The notes under the pieces: generated by a model | Database searches by the model: none | Seen by the model: only the letters and a program-made list of their open reading frames with translations | What the model was told of the DNA's origin: nothing | In this document: positions 29,019 through 37,943 of the stretch, piece by piece | Layout of the letters: each line of letters opens with the position of its first letter | Numbering within the stretch: position 1 is the first letter of the stretch | Assembly: GCA_963738045.1 (NCBI GenBank) | Contig: CAVTUX010000005.1 | Location: 548,715-612,714 of the forward strand | Direction: 5' to 3' | DNA length: 64,000 bases | Source of the DNA: an uncultured Verrucomicrobiae bacterium | GTDB taxonomy: Bacteria; Verrucomicrobiota; Verrucomicrobiia; Chthoniobacterales; UBA10450 | Made by a program: the position numbers and the translations under genes

Positions 29019-29561
29019 TTAACCGCGGTCCTTGGGCGAGGCCACCTTCGCGTAAACGCCGATCAAAGGCCGGCGCGAAGGTTTCGCGGCACGAAAATCA
29101 CTCGCGAAGCCGTCATTGGTACGGATTTCCACGTGGCCGGCCCCGTGGCGCGTGCCGTAAACCAAGACCGAACCGATGGGTGCCTGATACGGATCACGCA
29201 CGGCCAGCCGGGTAAATCCATAGCGGCTCACGAGTTCGTCCCCGGCCTGACGCGCCAACTCAGTCTTGGGATAAGAATCGACTGCGCCAGCAGCCAGTAG
29301 AGCTTCTTTCACGTAACGCCAGCACCGCATCCTTGAGTGCGCGTGGGCCCGCTCCTCGGCGATGGTGGCGGCGCGCGCCAGTTTCGGATCGAGGTGCGGC
29401 AGATTCTTCAGCTTGCCCGTGAAATGCGAGAGGATCTCCGCCTTCTGCACTTTGCCATTGCGATCGACGTAGACAAAGCGGGTCTCCGATTTGGAGAGAC
29501 CGGCAGCGTGCAGGTTCGAGAAGGCAAGAATGCAGCTGAGAAGGAGAGAAAAACGAATCAC
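29019..29561 (-). CDS. secreted protein with a papain-like Cys/His (CHAP / NlpC-P60-like) arrangement
   Basis: 180 aa. Signal peptide MIRFSLLLSCILAFSNLHA. A candidate catalytic Cys in RMRCWRYVKEAL and His in GAGHVEIRTNDGFASD. Confidence 0.55.
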   Translation of the reverse strand: MIRFSLLLSCILAFSNLHAAGLSKSETRFVYVDRNGKVQKAEILSHFTGKLKNLPHLDPKLARAATIAEERAHAHSRMRCWRYVKEALLAAGAVDSYPKTELARQAGDELVSRYGFTRLAVRDPYQAPIGSVLVYGTRHGAGHVEIRTNDGFASDFRAAKPSRRPLIGVYAKVASPKDRG

Positions 29562-29729
29562 GCCGGTTTTTTATGAAGGCAAGTCCGGTGCCGTGCAACA
29601 ATAAATTTCCACTCCAGCAAAGTTTTTTTGAATTCTTTCGGACCCAATCCGCGCGGAAAAACTTCCGCCAACGCCGTGATGCATGTGACTGGATCGCGCA
29701 GTTCATAGCCCAACTGCCACCCGCTTTTC

Positions 29730-30989
29730 TTAACCCACGATCCGGCCAGCCACCTCGCCAAAGCCGACCCGGTAGCCGTCACCTTCAGCCCAACCGCTGA
29801 TCGTTAGGCGATCGCCATCCTCGAGCCACTTGCGCGTCTCGCCGCCGGGCAGCTGCAATGGATTTGCCCCCCGCCAGGTCAGCTCCAGCATGCTCCCCCG
29901 TCCGTCCTCGGCCGGCCCGCTGATCGTACCGCTGGCCAGCAAATCGCCGGACCGAAGATTGCAACCGCCCACAGTGTGATGAGCGAGTTGCTGCGACATG
30001 CTCCAGTAGAGATTCTGGAAATTGGTCCGGGTGATCGTTTGCGGGGCGCTCATTTTTGCGGTCTGCAACTGCGCCTCCAGTCGAACGTCAAAGGTAAAAT
30101 CGTCAGGTAGGCGCAGGTAGTCGAGCGGCGTCGGATCCTGCGCCGGGAGCGGCCTGCGAAAGGGTTCGAGCGCTTCCAGGGTCACGATCCAAGGCGAAAT
30201 ACTGGTGCAGAAGTTTTTCGCCAGGAACGGCCCCAGCGGCTGGTATTCCCAGGTCTGGATGTCGCGCGCGCTCCAGTCGTTCATCAGGACCAGTCCAAAA
30301 ATGTGATCGACCGCCTGCGCGATTGGCACGGGTTCGCCCAGTTCGTTAGGCGGACCGATGAAGAAGGCGGTCTCAAGCTCAAAATCGAACGCTCGAGTCG
30401 CGCTGAAGATCGGTGTCGCAGCATCGGGCGGCTTGATCTGGCCATGCGGTCGGCGGACCTCGGCCCCACTCGGCACGATCGAACTGGCCCGGCCGTGATA
30501 GGCGATCGGAAGCCATTTCCAGTTTGGCATGAGCGCATTCTCCGGTCCGCGAAACATCATCCCGACATTGAAGGCGTGATGATACGAAGAGTAGAAATCG
30601 GTGTAATCGCCAATCTGCGCCGGGAGGTGCATCGTCACCTCCGCCTGGCGATGAAAAGCGCGGGCCCGCAACGCGGCGTCATCGCGCAAAGTTGCGGTCT
30701 CGACGGCGAGGAGGTGTTGCAAAATTTCGCGTGTTTTGCGCCAGGCCGGCCGGCCAAGGGCGAGAAAAGCATTAAGCGAATCGCGGCCAAAGACCGGGCG
30801 ATCGCCGAAGTTCAAGGCCCGGAAATAGCCGTTTTCCTCCAGGACGGCGAGGTCGAGCACGAGGTCGCCAATCGCCACCCCGGCGCGGGCCGGACCGTCG
30901 TCAGGCTGAAAAATTCCGTAGGGCAGATTCTCGAGCGAGAAATGCGATTCCGGTGCGACCTCGAGGAAGGATTGAAGTGGTTTGGCCAT
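29730..30989 (-). CDS. fahA: fumarylacetoacetase
   Basis: 419 aa. N-terminal FAA_hydrolase_N (HFSLENLPYGIF) and the FAH fold (DFELETAFFIG, MNDWSARDIQ, GDLLASGT). Confidence 0.92.
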   Translation of the reverse strand: MAKPLQSFLEVAPESHFSLENLPYGIFQPDDGPARAGVAIGDLVLDLAVLEENGYFRALNFGDRPVFGRDSLNAFLALGRPAWRKTREILQHLLAVETATLRDDAALRARAFHRQAEVTMHLPAQIGDYTDFYSSYHHAFNVGMMFRGPENALMPNWKWLPIAYHGRASSIVPSGAEVRRPHGQIKPPDAATPIFSATRAFDFELETAFFIGPPNELGEPVPIAQAVDHIFGLVLMNDWSARDIQTWEYQPLGPFLAKNFCTSISPWIVTLEALEPFRRPLPAQDPTPLDYLRLPDDFTFDVRLEAQLQTAKMSAPQTITRTNFQNLYWSMSQQLAHHTVGGCNLRSGDLLASGTISGPAEDGRGSMLELTWRGANPLQLPGGETRKWLEDGDRLTISGWAEGDGYRVGFGEVAGRIVG

Positions 30990-31066
30990 AGGATAAGGGA
31001 ATCGAGAAACGCGTTCTCGTCACGCAGTTCAGGAAACTCGAACGCCGCTCAGGGTAGCGCGAGCTT

Positions 31067-32011
31067 CTAGCTTGCGCGCTTCGAGCCTGCAAGCTGGAAG
31101 CTCGCTCCGCCCTCGAAGAGTCCGAGTGCCCGCAGGTCCTCGCGCGGTTCGTCAAAGCTGCAACTGCCTAACGACGTTACGAGCCGGCGTCGCGCCGTGA
31201 TTTGCGCGGTCGTGATTTTCCAATCGCGCCAGCGAAACGACTCTTCGTCGAAGACAAACGAAGCCGCCTCTTCCTCCGCCAGCATCTCCTGCGTCTGTGT
31301 TTCGCTCCAGCGATGTTCGGCCGCAAGCACGCCAGCCCCGAGGACATTAAGAAAACCGTGCATCTTCGTTTCAACGCTCTGGTGAAAGAGCCGCACCGGA
31401 TGATGCAGCCCGGCGGTAAACTTGATCGGCACCTGCCGCCGTACCGCGGTAACGAGAGCCCGCGCGATCTGCGCCCTGGTCGGAAACGCCTCTGCCGTCA
31501 CCCCGCCGGTGCGGAGTTTAAAGCCCGCGCCAGTCCCGGAAAGCTCCTCAATCGTGGCCGCGGCCTCGTCAGCTGGCGCTTCCCAGAAAATATTCAAGGC
31601 CAGGTCGCCCAGAATGGCGCGGGCCGCACCAAGCGAATCCTCGACTGGTCCCGGCGGCAACGGCATTTCAAACTGCTCAATCGCAACTGTGCCCTTGTGC
31701 TCGGCGAGCAATTCCTTGATCCCTTCCGCCGCCAGTTCCAAGGCAGCGCGAAACTCCGCCGGTTTCGTCGTTTTCGGCCCGAGCGCCGAAACCTGCAGTG
31801 GATGTTCGGCATCGAACTGCCCGAGCAGCGTGCGAGCCTCGGCAAATTTCCCGATCGGCAGAATGAAGGCTCCAAGCATCCAGCGTTCGGGCGAGCGCAC
31901 GTAGGCGACCTGATTTTGCAGCGCCGGTTCGAGCGCGAGGCCGGCGGGCGGGAAAAGCCCGGCGTAGTCGATGGCGTGAGCGAGGAGGGCGCGTAAGGAA
32001 GCAGCGAACAT
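31067..32011 (-). CDS. conserved hypothetical protein
   Basis: ORF 31067..32050, with probable ATG at 32011 (MFAASLRALL). Protein-like composition throughout, no domain recognised. Confidence 0.6.
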   Translation of the reverse strand: MFAASLRALLAHAIDYAGLFPPAGLALEPALQNQVAYVRSPERWMLGAFILPIGKFAEARTLLGQFDAEHPLQVSALGPKTTKPAEFRAALELAAEGIKELLAEHKGTVAIEQFEMPLPPGPVEDSLGAARAILGDLALNIFWEAPADEAAATIEELSGTGAGFKLRTGGVTAEAFPTRAQIARALVTAVRRQVPIKFTAGLHHPVRLFHQSVETKMHGFLNVLGAGVLAAEHRWSETQTQEMLAEEEAASFVFDEESFRWRDWKITTAQITARRRLVTSLGSCSFDEPREDLRALGLFEGGASFQLAGSKRAS

Positions 32012-32236
32012 GGAAAAAGAACTCAACGGCGCAATCACTACCCTCGTCAACCGGCAGTTTGTCCGGGAATCAGGGTCCTGGTCCTGTCAGTTCCGCGTGA
32101 GCGAGACCGATTCGCCCTTTTCCAGGAGCCCGGCTGCGCGTCCTAAACTTCTTTCAAAAATGATTGCCTCTGAATCGAAGCAACGGCTGGCGAAGCTTGT
32201 TCGCTGACTTCCCGCGCGCGATCTTGGCCCTTCGGC

Positions 32237-33352
32237 TTGCGCATCGACGCCGGAGACGGTCTCTGCGAGTCTTGGCGGGTGGAGCGGGCCATCGAGTTAC
32301 TGATCGACGACATCGCCTTTGGCGGCAAAGGCGTTGGGCGGGCTGCGGGCAAAGCGGTTTTTGTTCCATTTACGATCGAGGGCGAGCGGGTCGCGGCCCG
32401 GGTCGTTAGGGAAAAGAAATCGTTCGCGGAAGCAGAACTCATCGAGGTGCTCGCAGCCTCGCCGGAGCGCACGGCACCGCGCTGTCCCTATTTCGGGCGC
32501 TGCGGCGGATGCAGCTATCAACATATGGGCTACGAGCATCAGCTGCATTGGAAAGCGCGCCAGGTCGAACAGGCGTTGCGGCGCATCGGAAGATTTCGCG
32601 CGCCGCCCCTGCGTCCGATCATCCCATCGCCGCAACCGTACGAATATCGCAACCGCATCACGGTCCACGTCGAGAACGGCATCGTCGGTTTTTTCCGGCA
32701 CGACGCGCATCGGTTGATCGACGTTGAAAACTGCCCGATCGCCGAGCCCGCGGTGAACAGCGAGTTGGCCGCGCTCCGCAATCGCCGCCCGCGGGGCGGT
32801 CACTACACCTTGCGCGCGCAACGCGGGCCGCGCGTCTTTTCCCAGACGAACGACGCCGTTGCGAACCATCTGGCCGACTCGATGGCCGCTCTTATTCCGC
32901 CTCACCAATCGCTTCTCATCGACGCCTATTGTGGCGCGGGATTCTTCACCAAACATCACCTGCCCAAGTTCTCGAAGGTTGTCGGCCTCGATTGGGATGT
33001 GCACGCGATCGCTGCCGCGCAAAATGGGGCGACTGCCGCCGAAACCTATATTGCGGGTGAGATCGCGATCCATCTTCGGGCGCAGCTCGAATCGTGCGAC
33101 CCTGGTTTAACGACCGTCATTGTCGATCCGCCCGCGACCGGTTTGAGCGCGGAAGTGCGCGAGATCCTGCGCGCGTATCCGGTTGCAACGTTACTTTACG
33201 TCTCTTGCAATCCGCCGACGCTGGCACGCGACCTGGCCGATCTGCTCCCGGCTTACACTCTCCAGAGTGTCACCCCGTTCGACATGTTCCCGCAGACCGC
33301 CGAGATCGAGGTCCTGGCGCATCTGACTCCAGAAACCCAGGCAGGTCGTTAA
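32237..33352 (+). CDS. RNA (uracil-5-)-methyltransferase, RlmD/RumA/TrmA family with TRAM domain and Fe-S cysteines
   Basis: 371 aa. TRAM-like N-terminus, CPYFGRCGGCSYQH cluster, SAM motif DAYCGAG and catalytic YVSCNPPTLARD. Confidence 0.85.
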   Translation: MRIDAGDGLCESWRVERAIELLIDDIAFGGKGVGRAAGKAVFVPFTIEGERVAARVVREKKSFAEAELIEVLAASPERTAPRCPYFGRCGGCSYQHMGYEHQLHWKARQVEQALRRIGRFRAPPLRPIIPSPQPYEYRNRITVHVENGIVGFFRHDAHRLIDVENCPIAEPAVNSELAALRNRRPRGGHYTLRAQRGPRVFSQTNDAVANHLADSMAALIPPHQSLLIDAYCGAGFFTKHHLPKFSKVVGLDWDVHAIAAAQNGATAAETYIAGEIAIHLRAQLESCDPGLTTVIVDPPATGLSAEVREILRAYPVATLLYVSCNPPTLARDLADLLPAYTLQSVTPFDMFPQTAEIEVLAHLTPETQAGR

Positions 33353-33420
33353 CGAATTCTTAACGTCTGCGCGATTTCCTTTAATTAACGCTCGCGCTCT
33401 GCCGGACGCACGCTGGGATT

Positions 33421-35112
33421 GTGAATCCACGCCACTGGTTGCAATTGGCGCTCTTCGTCGCTGGTTTGGTGGCGATCACGCCACCCCTCGGGCATTTTCT
33501 GGCCCGCATCTTTTCTGGAGATCGGCATTTTCTACAGCCGCCGCTCGGTCCCATCGAACGCTGCATCTACAGATTGAGCGGGATTGATCCCACCCACGAA
33601 ATGTCGTGGCAGGAATACGCGCTTGCGCTCCTCGTCTTCAATCTCGCAGGGGGTGCCCTGCTCCTTGCTCTCGAACTGACCCAGACCTGGCTTCCTCTCA
33701 ACCCACAGCACTTGCCTAACGTTCCTTTCGCGCTCGCCTGCAACACCGCGATCAGCTTCATGACGAACACGAACTGGCAGGCCTACTCCGGCGAGGCGGT
33801 CATGAGCTACGGCACGCAGATGGCCGGGCTCGCCGTGCACAATTTCGTCAGCGCAGCGACCGGCATCGCGGTCGCCGTCGCACTGACGCGCGGGCTTGTC
33901 CGTAAACAAACCGATCGAATCGGAAATTTCTGGTCCGATCTCACGCGCGCGACGCTCTATCTTCTCCTGCCGCTCTCGTTCGGGCTCGCGCTCATCCTCG
34001 CCCAGCAGGGTGTGGTCCAAACCTTCGACGGCCCCGCCACCGCCTTCACCCTCGAGGGCGGGACGCAGCAAATTCCGCTCGGACCGGCTGCATCCCAGAT
34101 CGCGATCAAGCAGCTCGGGACAAACGGGGGCGGATTTTTCGGACAAAACAGCACGCATCCTTTCGAAAACCCGACGCCGTTGAGTAATTTCGCCGAGGTC
34201 TTCGTCATCTTCTGGATCGGCTCAGCGCTGGTCTACATGTTTGGCCTGATGGCGCGCGACCGTCGCCAGGGTTGGGCGATCTGGGCGGCCATGTTCGCGC
34301 TTTTCCTGGCGGGCTTTGCCCTCGTCTGGTGGGCGGAGTTGCAGCCCAACCCGGCGCTTGGCCTAACGACATCTTTGGAAGGCAAGGAAGTCCGCTTTGG
34401 ACCTTTCAACTCCGCTCTCTTCGCCACGGTCACGACCGACGCCTCCTGCGGGGCGGTCAACGCGATGCACGACAGCTTCTCGCCCTTGGGCGGACTCGGC
34501 CTGCTCGTCAACATGATGCTGGGCGAGATCGTTTTCGGCGGAGTCGGCGCGGGATTCTACGGGATGCTCATGTTCGCGCTCCTGACTGTTTTTATCGCCG
34601 GCCTGATGGTTGGACGCACTCCGGAGTATCTGGGGAAAAAGATCGAGGCCCGCGAGGTGACCCTGGCCGTGATCGCGGTCCTCGCCCCGGCCGTCATCAT
34701 CCTCCTGGGCAGTGCCCTAACGATGCTCTATCCGACGGCGCTCAAGAGCCTGAATAACGCCGGACCGCACGGCCTGAGCGAAGTCGTCTATGCCTTTACC
34801 TCCGCGGCGGCAAACAACGGCAGCGCTTTCGCCGGGCTCAACGCCAACACAGATTGGTATAACTATCTGCTCGCAATCGGCATGATCGTCGGCCGTTTCG
34901 CCATCGTCGTGCCAGTGCTCGCGATCGCTGGCAGCCTGGCGCAGAAGAAAATTTCGCCGCCCTCCAGCGGAACGTTCCCGACCAACGGCCCGGTCTTCAC
35001 CATCCTGCTCATCAGCGTCACCCTGATCGTTGGCGCCCTCACCTTTTTCCCCGTGCTCTCGCTCGGCCCGATCGTTGAGCATCTCCTCATGCAAGCCGGC
35101 CGGACCTTCTGA
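33421..35112 (+). CDS. kdpA: potassium-transporting ATPase subunit A
   Basis: 563 aa, GTG start. Typical KdpA selectivity-filter-like segments ([28 protein letters not shown]). Confidence 0.95.
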   Translation: MNPRHWLQLALFVAGLVAITPPLGHFLARIFSGDRHFLQPPLGPIERCIYRLSGIDPTHEMSWQEYALALLVFNLAGGALLLALELTQTWLPLNPQHLPNVPFALACNTAISFMTNTNWQAYSGEAVMSYGTQMAGLAVHNFVSAATGIAVAVALTRGLVRKQTDRIGNFWSDLTRATLYLLLPLSFGLALILAQQGVVQTFDGPATAFTLEGGTQQIPLGPAASQIAIKQLGTNGGGFFGQNSTHPFENPTPLSNFAEVFVIFWIGSALVYMFGLMARDRRQGWAIWAAMFALFLAGFALVWWAELQPNPALGLTTSLEGKEVRFGPFNSALFATVTTDASCGAVNAMHDSFSPLGGLGLLVNMMLGEIVFGGVGAGFYGMLMFALLTVFIAGLMVGRTPEYLGKKIEAREVTLAVIAVLAPAVIILLGSALTMLYPTALKSLNNAGPHGLSEVVYAFTSAAANNGSAFAGLNANTDWYNYLLAIGMIVGRFAIVVPVLAIAGSLAQKKISPPSSGTFPTNGPVFTILLISVTLIVGALTFFPVLSLGPIVEHLLMQAGRTF

Positions 35113-35114
35113 TC

Positions 35115-37196
35115 ATGAGCCGCAAAACGACTGTCTCCATTTTCGATCCGGCCCTGATCCGGCCGGCCATCGGCGAGTCATTCAAGAAGCTCGACCCGCG
35201 GGTGCAATGGCGCAGCCCGGTCATGTTCGTCGTGCTGCTCGGCGCGCTCGGGACCACCGCGATCACCTTGGTTCATCGCACTGGCTTCAACCTCCAGATC
35301 ACACTCTGGCTCTGGTTCACTCTTCTCTTCGCCAACTTCGCCGAAGCCATGGCGGAAGGCCGCGGCAAAGCCCAGGCCGACACCCTGCGCCGCATGCGAA
35401 CGACCACCCAGGCGCGTCGCCTGACGAACGGCGATGAGGAGAAAATCGCCGCCTGCGATTTGCGCAAAGGCGACGTCGTCGTCTGCGAAGCGAACGATCT
35501 CATCCCGGGGGACGGTGAGGTTATCGAAGGCGTCGCGAGCGTCGATGAGTCTGCCATTACCGGAGAGTCCGCGCCGGTTATTCGCGAAAGTGGCGGCGAC
35601 CGCAGTGCGGTGACGGGCGGGACCCGCGTCCTGAGCGATCGCATCCTGGTGCGCATCACGAGCGAACCAGGGAACGCCTTTATCGATCGCATGATCGGCC
35701 TCGTGGAAGGCGCGCGCCGGCAGAAAACGCCTAACGAAATCGCGCTCGGCATCCTGCTCGTCAGCCTGACCGCGCTTTTCGTTCTCGCGGTTTTCACCCT
35801 GCCGGCTTTCGCCCACTACAGCGAGCGCGCCGCCGGCCAGGAAAATGTGGTCAACGTCAGCCTGCCTGTGCTCGTCGCTCTTCTCGTCTGCCTGATCCCG
35901 ACCACGATCGGCGGATTGCTCAGCGCGATCGGGATCAGCGGGATCGATCGACTCGTTAGGCATAATGTTCTCGCGACGAGCGGGCGGGCGGTAGAAGCGG
36001 CCGGCGACATCGACGTCCTGCTCCTCGACAAGACGGGCACGATTACCCTCGGCAACCGGATGGCGGTCGAGTTCCATCCCGGGCCCGGCGTGGCCGGCGA
36101 GCAGCTGGCTGATTCCGCGCAACTGGCTTCGCTGGCTGACGAAACTCCGGAGGGGCGTTCCGTCGTCGTTCTGGCCAAGGACAAATTCGGGATCCGCGGC
36201 CGGGAAATGCATGACCTGCAGGCCGCCTTCATCCCCTTTACCGCGCAGACTCGGATGAGCGGCGTCGATCTCCACGCTCGCGATGGCGAGCCGTTACGCC
36301 GGATTCGCAAAGGCGCAGCGGAAGCGATCCGCGGCTACGTCGAGCAAAACGACGGCCATTTCCCGGAGTCGGTCGCGAAAGTGGTCGAGACGATCGCGCG
36401 CCGCGGAGGGACGCCCCTGGTCGTGGCGGAAGAGTCGCGGACGTTAGGCGTGATCGAGCTCAAGGACGTGGTCAAGGGCGGGATCAAGGAACAGTTCGCG
36501 CACTTGCGCAAGATGGGCATCCGCACCGTCATGATCACGGGCGACAATCCCCTCACCGCTGCGGCAATCGCGGCCGAAGCGGGGGTGGACGACTTTATGG
36601 CGCAAGCGACTCCCGAGGACAAACTGCAGCGCATTCGCGAGGAACAGGCCCAGGGCCGCCTCGTGGCCATGACCGGCGACGGGACAAACGATGCGCCTGC
36701 CCTTGCGCAGGCGGACGTGGGCGTGGCGATGAATACCGGAACGCAGGCGGCGCGCGAAGCCGGCAACATGGTCGACCTCGACAGCAACCCGACCAAGCTT
36801 ATTCAGATCGTCGAGATAGGGAAGCAACTCCTCATGACCCGCGGCGCCCTCACGACCTTCAGTATTGCGAACGACGTCGCGAAATATTTCGCCATCCTGC
36901 CGGCGATGTTTGGGATGCTCTACCTGACGATCGGCGCAAAGGCTGGGCCGCTCGACGCCCTCAACATCATGCACCTGCACTCGCCGCAGAGCGCAATCCT
37001 GAGCGCGGTCATTTTCAATGCGCTCATCATCGTCGCCCTCATCCCGCTCGCTCTCGCCGGCGTGCGCTATCGCGCGGTCGGCGCAGCGCGGGTCCTCGTG
37101 CGCAACCTTCTCCTTTACGGGGTCGGCGGCCTCGTCGCGCCATTTGCTGGAATCAAACTGATCGACCTCGCCCTCGTTGCGCTTCGCCTTGTCTGA
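35115..37196 (+). CDS. kdpB: potassium-transporting ATPase subunit B (P-type ATPase)
   Basis: 693 aa. DKTGTIT phosphorylation site, TGDN and [10 protein letters not shown]. Confidence 0.96.
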   Translation: MSRKTTVSIFDPALIRPAIGESFKKLDPRVQWRSPVMFVVLLGALGTTAITLVHRTGFNLQITLWLWFTLLFANFAEAMAEGRGKAQADTLRRMRTTTQARRLTNGDEEKIAACDLRKGDVVVCEANDLIPGDGEVIEGVASVDESAITGESAPVIRESGGDRSAVTGGTRVLSDRILVRITSEPGNAFIDRMIGLVEGARRQKTPNEIALGILLVSLTALFVLAVFTLPAFAHYSERAAGQENVVNVSLPVLVALLVCLIPTTIGGLLSAIGISGIDRLVRHNVLATSGRAVEAAGDIDVLLLDKTGTITLGNRMAVEFHPGPGVAGEQLADSAQLASLADETPEGRSVVVLAKDKFGIRGREMHDLQAAFIPFTAQTRMSGVDLHARDGEPLRRIRKGAAEAIRGYVEQNDGHFPESVAKVVETIARRGGTPLVVAEESRTLGVIELKDVVKGGIKEQFAHLRKMGIRTVMITGDNPLTAAAIAAEAGVDDFMAQATPEDKLQRIREEQAQGRLVAMTGDGTNDAPALAQADVGVAMNTGTQAAREAGNMVDLDSNPTKLIQIVEIGKQLLMTRGALTTFSIANDVAKYFAILPAMFGMLYLTIGAKAGPLDALNIMHLHSPQSAILSAVIFNALIIVALIPLALAGVRYRAVGAARVLVRNLLLYGVGGLVAPFAGIKLIDLALVALRLV

Positions 37197-37200
37197 ACCC

Positions 37201-37395
37201 ATGAGAACCATTGTCATCATCTTCTTCGCCGCCGCGGCTGCGGGAACAGCCGATGAACTGACCGTCCTCGATCTTCGGCGGCCTAACGAGCGCAGCGTTC
37301 AACGGCTAATCGATCGCCGGCCTGTTCCGAGGTCCGCGCCGTATTGGACCTGGTTCATTCATAATCCGAGGCCGTTCGAAGAGAAACAAACATGA
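37201..37395 (+). CDS. small hypothetical ORF embedded between kdpB and kdpC
   Basis: 64 codons, MRTIVIIFFAAAAAGTADEL... ATG lies 4 nt after the kdpB stop, and its TGA overlaps the kdpC ATG (ATGA at 37392-37395). No homolog recognised. Confidence 0.35.
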   Translation: MRTIVIIFFAAAAAGTADELTVLDLRRPNERSVQRLIDRRPVPRSAPYWTWFIHNPRPFEEKQT

Positions 37396-37934
37396 AAGTC
37401 ATCATTCAATCGCTGCGCATTTATCTCGCGCTCACGCTGCTGACCGGCATCATCTATCCGCTGGCGCTTACCGGTCTTGCCCAGGTGCTCTTTCCAGATC
37501 AGGCCAACGGCTCGCGCGTCTTCGAAAATGGAAAACTGATCGGCTCGGATTTGCTCGCACAGAAATTCACCTCGCCGCGCTATTTCTGGCCCCGACCCTC
37601 CGCCGCTGATTTCGCCACGGTTCCCTCCGGGGCGAGCAACCTTGGCCCAACCTCGGCTGACTTGAAGAAAATGATCGCGGCACGCCGCGCCGAATTTGGC
37701 CGGAACGCGCCGGCCGATTTGCTGACCGCATCAGGCAGCGGCCTCGACCCCCACATCTCGCCGGAGGCAGCACGTTTTCAGACCGCGCGGGTGGCCGCCG
37801 CACGCCACCTCGATCCGGTGCGCGTCGCCGATCTCGTCGCACGCCTCACGGAAGGTCCGCAGCTCGGCTTCCTCGGCGAGCCTCGGGTCAACGTCCTGCG
37901 GCTCAATCTCGCGCTCGATCAGCTCCGCGATTAG
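37392..37934 (+). CDS. kdpC: potassium-transporting ATPase subunit C
   Basis: 180 aa. An N-terminal TM helix, then ASGSGLDPHISPEAA, typical of KdpC. Confidence 0.92.
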   Translation: MKVIIQSLRIYLALTLLTGIIYPLALTGLAQVLFPDQANGSRVFENGKLIGSDLLAQKFTSPRYFWPRPSAADFATVPSGASNLGPTSADLKKMIAARRAEFGRNAPADLLTASGSGLDPHISPEAARFQTARVAAARHLDPVRVADLVARLTEGPQLGFLGEPRVNVLRLNLALDQLRD

Positions 37935-37943
37935 ACTAACGAC

